Source: a virus
Lineage: Duplodnaviria; Caudoviricetes
IMG/VR virus record: IMGVR_UViG_3300044641_007803
Location: 157 to 64,156 of that record
DNA: 64,000 nucleotides
Strand: one strand, 5' to 3'
Shown: positions 56,126 to 64,000 of the stretch, piece by piece
How positions within the stretch are numbered: position 1 is the stretch's first letter
Layout of the letters: each line of letters opens with the position of its first letter
The notes under the pieces: generated by a model
The model's input: the letters and a program-made list of their open reading frames with translations, nothing else
What the model was told of the DNA's origin: nothing
Database searches by the model: none
Program-made: the position numbers and the translations under genes

Positions 56126-57261
56126 TATTCTATGTACACTTTTTGTGACTTTATGTTTTGGATTTGCGTCTTTAAGCTGGTTAATGTAGTATCTAATGCT
56201 GCACCTGCTGCCTGTAATGATGCCACTGCTCCACCTCCATTAGTAGCTGATTTCATTGCACCTGCTATTATCTGTAAATTGCTTATTAAGCTTTGTAGCC
56301 AATTATCTAATTGCATTCCTAAAACTGCATTCTCTACCTGACCCGTTCTTGCTTTTGCTCCTAAATATATTTTTTTAGCATCCACACAAAAATAATCAGT
56401 AGCATCTAGATTTACCGTAGCACCATTTAGTCCTATTGATTGTTTGGCAGATAGTAGGATTGATTCCTCTTTAGCATTAAAATATAATCTCCCTCCATTT
56501 ACCACTACTTGGTTTCCTTTAAATTCATTAGATGCAGGAGGTATTATATTGTATGAACTTCTTTTTGTATTAGCTGGTGTTAGTTTTATTTTATGATTTG
56601 ATACTAAATATATTGAATTAAAATCTTTATCAATATCTTCTTGTATTAAATCATTTCCATTATCAGTTTGTATTTGCCCATTACTAATAACAGCGATTGG
56701 GCTACCATCGTTACTGTCATCAATAATCCCAGATTGCTGTCCTTTATAGCCTCCAAATCTAATAGATTGTCCTAATCTTCCCTCGAAGATAGTATCTCCT
56801 GGATTTGCTTGTAGGGGATTTATTGTGGCTTGTTCTGTCTTTCCTGCTAATAGATTATTTTTCCACTCAGATTGTTTTGTATCTGGAGCTGCATTGTGGT
56901 GTGGGTGATTCCAAATAGGAACTATAGCGGTCCAATATTTTGTAGTAGTTCCTGGTTTAGCTCCTTCTCCTGCTGCTGGTTTAGATTGTACTTCAACAAT
57001 CTCCCCTTCCATAGGAATCATTCGCATATTAGTATTTCCTTGATATGCAAAACTTAATCCATCAGTAGTAGACTCATCTGCTCCTTTGCCAGGTACTCTA
57101 TAAAATACCCCATTTATCATCGAGGCATCTTTACATTTAGGATCATTTATAGAAAGTACAATATGCACAACCCTTGCGTACTGTGAAGGATCGGCTGCCT
57201 TTTTCTTAGCTGATCCTGGAGAGGATCCACCACCTATCCTAAGGTTTGATTGAAAACTCAT
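56125..57261 (-). CDS. Putative baseplate hub/spike protein (gp5/gpV-like)
   Basis: N-terminal OB-like region with IPMEGEIV; GDTIFEGRLGQSIRFG; C-terminal beta-helix-like region and AVLG; position before gp25. Confidence 0.5.
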   Translation of the reverse strand: MSFQSNLRIGGGSSPGSAKKKAADPSQYARVVHIVLSINDPKCKDASMINGVFYRVPGKGADESTTDGLSFAYQGNTNMRMIPMEGEIVEVQSKPAAGEGAKPGTTTKYWTAIVPIWNHPHHNAAPDTKQSEWKNNLLAGKTEQATINPLQANPGDTIFEGRLGQSIRFGGYKGQQSGIIDDSNDGSPIAVISNGQIQTDNGNDLIQEDIDKDFNSIYLVSNHKIKLTPANTKRSSYNIIPPASNEFKGNQVVVNGGRLYFNAKEESILLSAKQSIGLNGATVNLDATDYFCVDAKKIYLGAKARTGQVENAVLGMQLDNWLQSLISNLQIIAGAMKSATNGGGAVASLQAAGAALDTTLTSLKTQIQNIKSQKVYIE

Positions 57262-57611
57262 TACTCTTCGTCTTTTTTATCTAACTGTTTTCCTAGTTCT
57301 TCACTTTGTTCCATTAGCTTTGCTAGCTCTTCTGGATTAAAGAAATCTACTGCTTCTTTTCCTGTTCCTGATTCGAGTCTTTGGACTAATGCAACCATTT
57401 TAATAAGATGTTCATCATTCTTTACTCCAACTTCCAAGTATTCTTTGATCATTGGAACAACTAAAGTTGCATCTCCTATATTCTCTACAAGAGGTTTTAG
57501 CTCCCCGATAAGTGCGTTTACTTGTTTAGATTTGTTTCTAGAGTTGTCGTATATTTCTTTTAATACATCTGAAACAGTTTTGGTTCCGAAAATTGTTGTA
57601 TCTAATCCCAT
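57261..57611 (-). CDS. Hypothetical helical protein
   Basis: 116 aa; late motif upstream. Confidence 0.55.
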   Translation of the reverse strand: MGLDTTIFGTKTVSDVLKEIYDNSRNKSKQVNALIGELKPLVENIGDATLVVPMIKEYLEVGVKNDEHLIKMVALVQRLESGTGKEAVDFFNPEELAKLMEQSEELGKQLDKKDEE

Positions 57612-57645
57612 GGTCTATTTATTATATAAATATCTTGAAAATATA

Positions 57646-58344
57646 TTATTGAATAGAGAAGCCTGCATCTTGGTAGGTTCTATATACATTATAAAATTCT
57701 TCTTTTAGTTTTGAGATTACTTTAGTAAGGGTTGGAGTTTCACAATCTGTCATTTCTCTAATGTAGATATATAGAGCTTTTTTTCTGAATATTTCTAAAT
57801 CGTGACGTGTATTAAATAGGGTGAGAATTGCATCTGCAACCTTCTGGTCCTGTTCTTTTGGAAAAAGTATTTCTATATTGTCGTAACTATTTTCTACAAA
57901 TTGATTAACAATTATAGCTATAGTTACTTTTCTTTCAGAATTTGGTACTCCCTCTACTTCGTAAGAATCTTCCATTTCATCAAAAGATCCTACTTGCTTT
58001 AGCTTTTTATAATTCTTATTATTATAATTAATAAGCCATCTCTTTACTATTGTTTGAAAATATGAAAATGCTTTAGCACCATTGGTAGCATCAAATCTGT
58101 GAAGTTTCTCCTCTACTAACATACTTACCACATCTAACTTTAAATCCTCAATACTATCAACATCTAGGTAGTAAAATTTAAAAGTATGAATAATGTTCTC
58201 TGCTAACTTATAAAGCGGGTGATAAATCTCTTTAGTAAATATTTTATTCCTAAAAACAGGATCAGAGGATGCGTTGTATCTTACGATTGCATCCTCTGTT
58301 CCTTGAGTAAAGTAGTAATTATCTTTATTTTGTGGTTTTGCCAT
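57646..58344 (-). CDS. Phage sigma factor, probably late (T4 gp55-like)
   Basis: YYFT...AENIIHTFKF..DLK...HRFD..GAKAFSYFQTIVKR resembles sigma region 2 of gp55-type proteins. Confidence 0.6.
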   Translation of the reverse strand: MAKPQNKDNYYFTQGTEDAIVRYNASSDPVFRNKIFTKEIYHPLYKLAENIIHTFKFYYLDVDSIEDLKLDVVSMLVEEKLHRFDATNGAKAFSYFQTIVKRWLINYNNKNYKKLKQVGSFDEMEDSYEVEGVPNSERKVTIAIIVNQFVENSYDNIEILFPKEQDQKVADAILTLFNTRHDLEIFRKKALYIYIREMTDCETPTLTKVISKLKEEFYNVYRTYQDAGFSIQ

Positions 58345-58618
58345 AATCTTGTGGGAGACGGTACTCGTTTATAGTTTCCTGTATTTCTTTCATGAAATTA
58401 AAGAAAACTCCTACTTCGTCGTCTGACCTAAACGTGCCCTTCTCATCTAATTGTTCAACATAAATTTTTGATTCATTAATAAGATACGCAACATTTCTTA
58501 AATAACCTACTTGGAATTCTATAATAGATTCCTGTTTAATTACTTTACGATTTAGGTTGAACACTATGTATCCTAAACCTAAAACTACTACACCTAATAT
58601 TATTACTAAAATTTCCAT
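58325..58618 (-). CDS. Membrane-anchored hypothetical protein
   Basis: N-terminal TM helix; LDEKGTFRSDDEVGVFF. Confidence 0.65.
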   Translation of the reverse strand: MEILVIILGVVVLGLGYIVFNLNRKVIKQESIIEFQVGYLRNVAYLINESKIYVEQLDEKGTFRSDDEVGVFFNFMKEIQETINEYRLPQDYGKTTK

Positions 58619-58619
58619 A

Positions 58620-59357
58620 TTAAATATTTTTTACTAAACTCATTAATCCTTCTGAGGCATTTACTGTTTTACCTGTAGAAGATTTTGTTTTCTCTACTTT
58701 AGGTTCTTGAACCTCTCCTGTAGCTTTCCAAGTATCATATTCTATTTTAGATGCTAGGAAATCTGCCTGATGTAATATATAGACCAAATTAGTTCTTAAT
58801 TTAGAATCTGGATTAAATGAAATGTAATATGGTTTGTTTACATCGTCATATAATCCATCATGTAATTTGATTGCTAGAAACTCTTTTTCTGAAACAGGTA
58901 TTTGATTTTGCTGAAGGGTAAATAGAGAACGATCTTGAATAAGCATGTAGGAAAGATCTTTATTGTGAGTATAAATTTCTCCTAACTTATCCTGTCTCCA
59001 CTTATCAGTCTGAGGAAGATAGTAAGGCTGCTCTTGTGCTCCTATTTTACCTAAGTCGTGATTAAGAGCTGAAAATACTAATTCCTCATCTGTAAAATCT
59101 ATAGTAGATCCCATTTCTTCCCAAAGACCCTTTACCTTTAAAGCACAATGAACCACGCGATTAACATGATCAATGTATCCTCCAGGAAAAGCATTATGAT
59201 AAGAAGGTTTACCTGAAGCAGGAGCCATAACCATAGTTTCAGCCAGGCTAACATAAAGAGCTTTTAGTTTCTCCTTACGTTCTCCTGTTATGAAAGTATC
59301 TACAATTTTGAGATGTTTATCCCAATTTTTTTGTATTTGCTCTGCTGTTAACTTCAT
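58620..59357 (-). CDS. HD-domain phosphohydrolase (YhaM-like)
   Basis: PAS..YHNAFPGGYIDH, HDLGK, HDG, LHQAD. Confidence 0.82.
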   Translation of the reverse strand: MKLTAEQIQKNWDKHLKIVDTFITGERKEKLKALYVSLAETMVMAPASGKPSYHNAFPGGYIDHVNRVVHCALKVKGLWEEMGSTIDFTDEELVFSALNHDLGKIGAQEQPYYLPQTDKWRQDKLGEIYTHNKDLSYMLIQDRSLFTLQQNQIPVSEKEFLAIKLHDGLYDDVNKPYYISFNPDSKLRTNLVYILHQADFLASKIEYDTWKATGEVQEPKVEKTKSSTGKTVNASEGLMSLVKNI

Positions 59358-59530
59358 TAGTCTTGGTGTTCGGTATTCAATAATGTTCTTAGATCTGCTA
59401 TTTTTTCAAGCAATACTTCTACCAATTCATAAGCAGTCTCTAATTCATTTCTATGAATATTATAACCCATATTCTTTACTTCTGCTTCAAACCTTTCTAA
59501 TTTTTGTTCAAATAAATCTTTGTTTCTCAT
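59357..59530 (-). CDS. Small coiled-coil protein (start likely 59530, MRNKDLF)
   Basis: Upstream ORF extension is an A-rich UTR containing a TTG-N20-TAACTTCT promoter-like site (59594-59624). Confidence 0.55.
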   Translation of the reverse strand: MRNKDLFEQKLERFEAEVKNMGYNIHRNELETAYELVEVLLEKIADLRTLLNTEHQD

Positions 59531-59628
59531 TTTTTTATTTTTATTAATTACTATTTTTTTTATATCCCTTTTTTTCTTTAAAGGCTTATAGGTAGAAGTT
59601 ACCACTTTTTTTTTAAAGAAACAACTCT

Positions 59629-60282
59629 TTAAGGTTCTAGTGATATTTTTAACTCTTTTCTGATTGTTTGCTTGTTTTCTCCTAATGTAACCTCTATATA
59701 GATTGTCACTGTCTTTCCTTCTAAGTCATCAAAGAACACCATACTTTGTTGAGGAGTATAGGTGTAGCTGCTATATGTTGCAAAATATGTCCTATATGCT
59801 GGGTGATTCACATTTACGTTAGGATTACGTTGAATTTCGTATCCTGCTAAATTTAATATAGTAGCTCGTTGAACTAATTGAGGGAATGTATAGGTTTGGG
59901 TACCCACTGGAATAGGTGTATTCATTTGATTGCTTGACCAAAGTCCTAAATAAGAATATACAGGGTAGGTCCAAATTACATTTCCCAACGTGTAGAATAA
60001 GTTAGAATCAAAACCTGTAGATATTAAAGGAACTCCATTAATAACGTAATGAGGATCTAATTGGTTTATTTTACCTTTTACAGTAAAGTAATCTAAATTT
60101 GCATGTTTAATATGCCAAACCCCTTGAGCATCTTGATAAGTTCCAGGATGACCCACTGTATCAATCCAAAACTCAGCACCACAATTTCCATTTAAACAAA
60201 CATCAGGTACAACCTCATCAGGAGTACAACTAAAAACTAATAAAGATATTACTAGTAAAAATAAAAATTTAATGTGTTTCAT
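59629..60282 (-). CDS. Putative lipoprotein
   Basis: MKHIKFLFLLVISLLVFS-C lipoprotein signal followed by acidic residues TPDE. Confidence 0.7.
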   Translation of the reverse strand: MKHIKFLFLLVISLLVFSCTPDEVVPDVCLNGNCGAEFWIDTVGHPGTYQDAQGVWHIKHANLDYFTVKGKINQLDPHYVINGVPLISTGFDSNLFYTLGNVIWTYPVYSYLGLWSSNQMNTPIPVGTQTYTFPQLVQRATILNLAGYEIQRNPNVNVNHPAYRTYFATYSSYTYTPQQSMVFFDDLEGKTVTIYIEVTLGENKQTIRKELKISLEP

Positions 60283-60304
60283 AATATGATTTTTTAAAGA
60301 TACC

Positions 60305-60338
60305 TAAAGATACTAACAAAAAACGAAGCAAGCAACAA
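60305..60338 (-). promoter_or_regulatory. Bacteroidota-type early promoter
   Basis: GTTGC-N18-GTATCTTTAGGTA. Confidence 0.7.
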
Positions 60339-60392
60339 AACGGCGCAATATTTTTAAAAAAGTTTTAGCACCGCGCAATTTTACAAAATCCC

Positions 60393-61025
60393 TTAATAAA
60401 CTATAGGATTTCCTACGGCAAACATCGCTCCTATTTCCCTTACTTTATCAAAAGCTGTTAAACAATCCACTTCAAAGAACTCTCGAGAACCTCCTTGATC
60501 CGATGAAATTCTACAAGAAGCAAAAAACGCATGCACGGCTTGTTCTACTTTATATGCCGAACCTTTCTCAACAGGTAAAGCAAATTTTGCAACCCATTCA
60601 TCTACCGTACTAGAGGCGTTTAATCCCGTTACTCTGGCATCAACTGTTGTAATTGTCATTCCTATCTTAACAACGTTAGGATACCCCGCATTTACTAGAA
60701 CATATACGTATTCAATATTATCCTTAGACTTGTCTAATATCTTAGAATTCTGTATCCCATGAAAATATCTCCACGAATAAGTATTACTATCTTTATTTAC
60801 TACACCCTCAGGAACCTCTATAAGGTATTTTGCCGAAAGGAACGTAAGGAGTTTATCTGGAGATATATGCCTATGCTTGGATTGAAGCTTAATAAAGTTT
60901 TGTTTCCAAGTTTTTCCTACCTTAGGGTAGGGCAAAACAGACTCTGGTGAACAGTCGACAATTGTAATGTCTCCTATTAACTCTAACGACATGGCCTCGG
61001 AAAGGCTTATTTTATCTCTATACAT
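60393..61025 (-). CDS. T5orf172/GIY-YIG-like domain protein
   Basis: YVYVL.N..VKIGMT..VDARV..LN..E..VH..REFF. Confidence 0.75.
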   Translation of the reverse strand: MYRDKISLSEAMSLELIGDITIVDCSPESVLPYPKVGKTWKQNFIKLQSKHRHISPDKLLTFLSAKYLIEVPEGVVNKDSNTYSWRYFHGIQNSKILDKSKDNIEYVYVLVNAGYPNVVKIGMTITTVDARVTGLNASSTVDEWVAKFALPVEKGSAYKVEQAVHAFFASCRISSDQGGSREFFEVDCLTAFDKVREIGAMFAVGNPIVY

Positions 61026-61028
61026 AGC

Positions 61029-61235
61029 CTATTGATTTGTTCTTCCTGCTAAAAATGCAGCACCAAGTAATAAAAGAACTACAGGCCAACACATGGTACA
61101 TCCCCAAATTTGTATTAAAGTAAAACGTGAAGTCACTTTTGTGTAGTGAATTGCTATATCAAGAATAGCTGCAATGGTTACCCCTATTGCTAGGTACGGT
61201 AACGAAAAAACGGTGTTTATAATGTCTACTAACAT
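61029..61235 (-). CDS. Small membrane protein
   Basis: Two hydrophobic helices, CWPVV. Confidence 0.6.
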   Translation of the reverse strand: MLVDIINTVFSLPYLAIGVTIAAILDIAIHYTKVTSRFTLIQIWGCTMCWPVVLLLLGAAFLAGRTNQ

Positions 61236-61264
61236 AACCTTTATTTTTAATTGATTTCTATACC

Positions 61265-61300
61265 TAAAGATACATATAAAGATTGGTTATAGCAACTTTT
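61265..61300 (-). promoter_or_regulatory. Bacteroidota-type early promoter
   Basis: AAAAGTTGC-N18-GTATCTTTAGGTA. Confidence 0.72.
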
Positions 61301-61301
61301 T

Positions 61302-61709
61302 TTACTGAAATTTTTGTAAAAGTTTAAAAATAATTGCACATTTTTCATAATGCTCTTGTTGTTGGTAAAACGATATTAATTGCCCAAGCATACCTACTAT
61401 CTCTGTATTTCCAAACTCATCATTAAGATCATCTATTGTATCTGAGGTTAATTGATCGATTCTACTGGCATATCTCATAAGAGAATCGTAATACTTCAAT
61501 TGCAACTGATCTTTAACGCTATCATACTGTTCTTCGTAGCGAAATCTATAGATATTATCGAGGATATCATAATTACGCATCCCTATTATTATAGTGCCAA
61601 AAGTAATAAAATCATTATCAATTTCTTGTACCATACCGTTATCGGCAAATACCTGTTGGTCTTGCTGACAAAATATATTAAATAATTCGGTGCTACTAAG
61701 CTTCTTCAT
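61302..61709 (-). CDS. Hypothetical protein with C-terminal UVR-like motif
   Basis: FYQQQEHYEKCAII. Confidence 0.6.
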   Translation of the reverse strand: MKKLSSTELFNIFCQQDQQVFADNGMVQEIDNDFITFGTIIIGMRNYDILDNIYRFRYEEQYDSVKDQLQLKYYDSLMRYASRIDQLTSDTIDDLNDEFGNTEIVGMLGQLISFYQQQEHYEKCAIIFKLLQKFQ

Positions 61710-62143
61710 CTTATATAAATATATACTATTTATATAATCAAAAATTTGTCAAAAAAATTTTATACCCTTTGTTGCAAAAAAACCAAAAAAGTTGTATATT
61801 AAATATAGGTTGAGTAAAGGGGTATAGGTGGTAAATTAGCTAAATGTAGCAACTATATTTTGTATATTGATAGAGGACACTTTAAATGGTGCTAAGAAGG
61901 GTCGAATGGTGGTAGTAGGCGCAACTTCAAAAGGTTGGAGTATTAGTAGTTATTCATAACAACATCTATCTTTATTTTTATAGTATATAAATATATATTC
62001 CCTTTATCTCAATTTTTATCAGAAATACACTAACCTATATACTTTGGAAAACCGACGTGGAAAACCGATGCATGAAATAAACGATCAAACTTATTTCAAA
62101 TTGACCTCACAGTGATGTCACCTCGACCTCGGTTACAAATTTC

Positions 62144-62173
62144 AAAAAAAAAGAGAGTCGTTAGACTCTCTCT
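62144..62173 (-). terminator. Terminator ending early gene block
   Basis: Minus strand AGAGAGTC-TAAC-GACTCTCT followed by T run. Confidence 0.8.
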
Positions 62174-62433
62174 TCAAAAATTACTAAGTCCGAAAACTTA
62201 TACTTGATTACTACTTTCTTTTTCATTACGTAGGTGAATCCTTCAAACCTTGTCTTAGTAACCTTCTCTACGTTACATTCGTATTCACTCATTACTATTC
62301 TCTCGTCCAGAGAAGATCTAGTTTGTCTCATCATACATCCAGCACTTTCGTTGTACGAGTAAGTGTTGCATCCTTTGTAAGTTGGTCCCCCTACTGTAAA
62401 CATTGTGCCGTTTAAGAATTGTTCTCTTGTCAT
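62161..62433 (-). CDS. Small early hypothetical protein
   Basis: 90 aa; own promoter at 62462-62492. Confidence 0.65.
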   Translation of the reverse strand: MTREQFLNGTMFTVGGPTYKGCNTYSYNESAGCMMRQTRSSLDERIVMSEYECNVEKVTKTRFEGFTYVMKKKVVIKYKFSDLVIFEERV

Positions 62434-62461
62434 ATTGTATCTTGTTTTAATTATTGATACC

Positions 62462-62495
62462 TAAAGATACTGAATTTATTCTTCCCCTGCAACTA
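62462..62495 (-). promoter_or_regulatory. Bacteroidota-type early promoter
   Basis: AGTTGC-N18-GTATCTTTAGGTA. Confidence 0.72.
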
Positions 62496-62715
62496 TTTTA
62501 ATACTTTTTTTATCTACTGAGACTAGTTTGTTCTCTCTGGTTCTTATTACTGCTTCATCGTTCTCATTAAACATCTGTACTAGAACTCCTACAACCTTAC
62601 TACCAAAGAATTTATCTACTCCCTCATACACCATTCCTATCATGGGAGTAGAGCTCTTGGGAATATTCTTTGGAGCTCTCAGCAACCACTTGCCTTTTAT
62701 ATTCTGCTCTGCCAT
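62476..62715 (-). CDS. Small early hypothetical protein
   Basis: 79 aa ORF. Confidence 0.55.
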   Translation of the reverse strand: MAEQNIKGKWLLRAPKNIPKSSTPMIGMVYEGVDKFFGSKVVGVLVQMFNENDEAVIRTRENKLVSVDKKSIKIVAGEE

Positions 62716-62716
62716 A

Positions 62717-62947
62717 CTATATCTCGATAGTCCCTCTCACTTTAGTTTTGTTAGAAGACTTCTCTAGTTCTTCTTGTACATTCTCCAGTGCCATCTTGTA
62801 ACCAAAGTTCATTGCCATTTGCATTAACAAGATGTCCATCGAACCTTGATTGGCTTTTGCAAACTGCTCTAGATCTTTTCTAGTGTTAGGAGTTGCAACT
62901 AATCCTCTGTCCAACATTTTAAACTGTGCTTCGAAAAATTCTTTCAT
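62717..62947 (-). CDS. Small early hypothetical protein
   Basis: 76 aa ORF; promoter at 62976-63006. Confidence 0.6.
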   Translation of the reverse strand: MKEFFEAQFKMLDRGLVATPNTRKDLEQFAKANQGSMDILLMQMAMNFGYKMALENVQEELEKSSNKTKVRGTIEI

Positions 62948-62975
62948 GATGTAGATGTTTTAATTATTAATAAGA

Positions 62976-63010
62976 TAAAGATACAAAGAAGCCTCCGAAG
63001 AGGCAACTCT
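62976..63010 (-). promoter_or_regulatory. Bacteroidota-type early promoter overlapping a UUCG hairpin
   Basis: AGTTGCCTCTTCGGAGGCTTCTTTGTATCTTTA; TTG-N20-TATCTTTA. Confidence 0.7.
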
Positions 63011-63012
63011 TT

Positions 63013-63411
63013 TTACAATTCATTTTCTGCTCTCTCTAATTCAACTATATCTTCTTCATTTCCAAACTCATCTGTTATTTGAACAAACTCTTCTTCTTCT
63101 TCTGCAAAGTCACAGAAATTATTCTCAAGTGCAGATCTGATCTCGTCAGTATTAATTCCTACACTAGTACATTCTAATCTATTGTCGTAGGAGATTTCAA
63201 ACTCAGCATCATCTAAACATACTACATCACTTTGATTGTTTTCAATCCAATCAATAGTTCGTTCAATTGCCTTCTCAATATCGTATGGAGTAATCTTTTT
63301 ATTTGATCCTACTTCAATTGAATTGATTAAGAATAGTACATCATCTTTTGAGAAGATAGAACTGATTGAACTTTGAACTTGAGCGATTGCGTTTTCTTTT
63401 GTAATTTTCAT
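63013..63411 (-). CDS. Acidic early hypothetical protein
   Basis: 132 aa; SIFSKDDV; AEFEISYDNR. Confidence 0.65.
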   Translation of the reverse strand: MKITKENAIAQVQSSISSIFSKDDVLFLINSIEVGSNKKITPYDIEKAIERTIDWIENNQSDVVCLDDAEFEISYDNRLECTSVGINTDEIRSALENNFCDFAEEEEEFVQITDEFGNEEDIVELERAENEL

Positions 63412-63441
63412 AACGATTTGTTGTTTTAATTATTAATGATA

Positions 63442-63478
63442 TAAAGATAATGATTTAACTAATGTGATGCAACTTTTT
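63442..63478 (-). promoter_or_regulatory. Bacteroidota-type early promoter
   Basis: AAAAAGTTGC...TATCTTTA with 20-nt spacer. Confidence 0.72.
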
Positions 63479-63479
63479 T

Positions 63480-63818
63480 CTATAAAAGTTTTGAATCAAA
63501 TTGTTGTAGAAATTCTTTCTTGAAATCATCATTAACAACTTCGTCAAATTTCTTGTCGATCAACTTTTGTAAATCAACTCCAAATTCTAAATGAAATTCT
63601 CTCAACTTTTTCCACGCATCATAACCACTTACAGGCATATCCATGTAAGTTGTAGTTTCTTGATCCATAAATTCAAAATCTCCAACAACTTCACCGGACT
63701 TACTATCTCGACTAACATACGCTTGTGCAAGTGCGTTTGTTTTAACTTGTCCAACTTCAATTGGAAATTCAAAAGTAACCATCAACATTTTGTTTGTAAT
63801 CGTAACTGAATTTTTCAT
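63480..63818 (-). CDS. Early hypothetical protein
   Basis: 112 aa ORF; promoter at 63847-63877. Confidence 0.65.
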   Translation of the reverse strand: MKNSVTITNKMLMVTFEFPIEVGQVKTNALAQAYVSRDSKSGEVVGDFEFMDQETTTYMDMPVSGYDAWKKLREFHLEFGVDLQKLIDKKFDEVVNDDFKKEFLQQFDSKLL

Positions 63819-63846
63819 AGTTTGTTTTGTTTTAATTATTAATACT

Positions 63847-63883
63847 TAAAGATACTGTTTTAATACTTCGCTTGCAACTTTTT
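63847..63883 (-). promoter_or_regulatory. Bacteroidota-type early promoter
   Basis: AAAAAGTTGC-N18-GTATCTTTA. Confidence 0.72.
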
Positions 63884-63885
63884 TA

Positions 63886-63999
63886 CTAATTATTTTTAAA
63901 ATCTTTTGTAGATCTTTGACTGATATAAACATCCATCCCAGCCAAACGATACTCGTTCAAAAGTCTTATTAATTCTTTTCTGAAATCTCTGTAGAAGGT
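63886..63999 (-). CDS. 3' end of a hypothetical gene (truncated by window)
   Basis: ...TFYRDFRKELIRLLNEYRLAGMDVYISQRSTKDFKNN* open to window end. Confidence 0.5.
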   Translation of the reverse strand, partial: TFYRDFRKELIRLLNEYRLAGMDVYISQRSTKDFKNN

Positions 64000-64000
64000 A

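Noticed and set aside
57261-57611. Small terminase assignment
   Set aside because: Size and helicity fit, but no diagnostic motif and it is far from the large terminase; left as hypothetical
61710-62143. tRNA or protein gene in the large intergenic gap
   Set aside because: No cloverleaf or T-loop GTTCRA pattern recognised; minus-strand ATGs hit stops within a few codons
21-63809. All other + strand ORFs in the track (e.g. 46288..46755, 57250..57708, 36758..37156)
   Set aside because: Each overlaps a longer, motif-bearing minus-strand gene and has shadow-like composition
1-64000. Stop-codon reassignment
   Set aside because: Core genes (capsid, portal, terminase, primase) are full length in the standard code and genes pack tightly

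Overview
A 64 kb, AT-rich segment of a large lytic T4-superfamily-like myovirus genome. Every credible gene lies on the minus strand. In transcription order (right to left) it holds small early genes, each with a Bacteroidota-type promoter (TTG-N20-TATCTTTA), then an HD hydrolase, a gp55-like sigma factor, and baseplate/tail genes (gp25- and gp6-like, a 1490 aa protein with an inserted FISUMP domain, a YadA-head-like repeat fibre). Next is an accessory block of about 19 kb (22.1-41.4 kb) interrupted by primase and exonuclease. It is followed by the head module (terminase, portal, prohead protease, scaffold, major capsid), PhoH, neck genes and fibre, LamG and collagen-like genes. The host is inferred to be Bacteroidota. 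The most striking feature is the accessory block. Unrelated proteins share N-terminal leaders (MENNFDLKKFLVENKLT..., with an 18 nt core identical in five genes, and MKKSQL..LIKEEL) ending in [ILMV]-x-E motifs like T4 gp21 cleavage sites. Several multi-domain proteins appear punctuated by the same motif. This suggests a modular capsid-loading system delivering nucleotidyltransferases, HEXXH domains, a kinase, a nuclease and membrane-active helices. A probable late promoter, TATTTAT(A/T), is the reverse complement of the T4 late promoter. All annotations come from motif recognition by eye; no database search was run.
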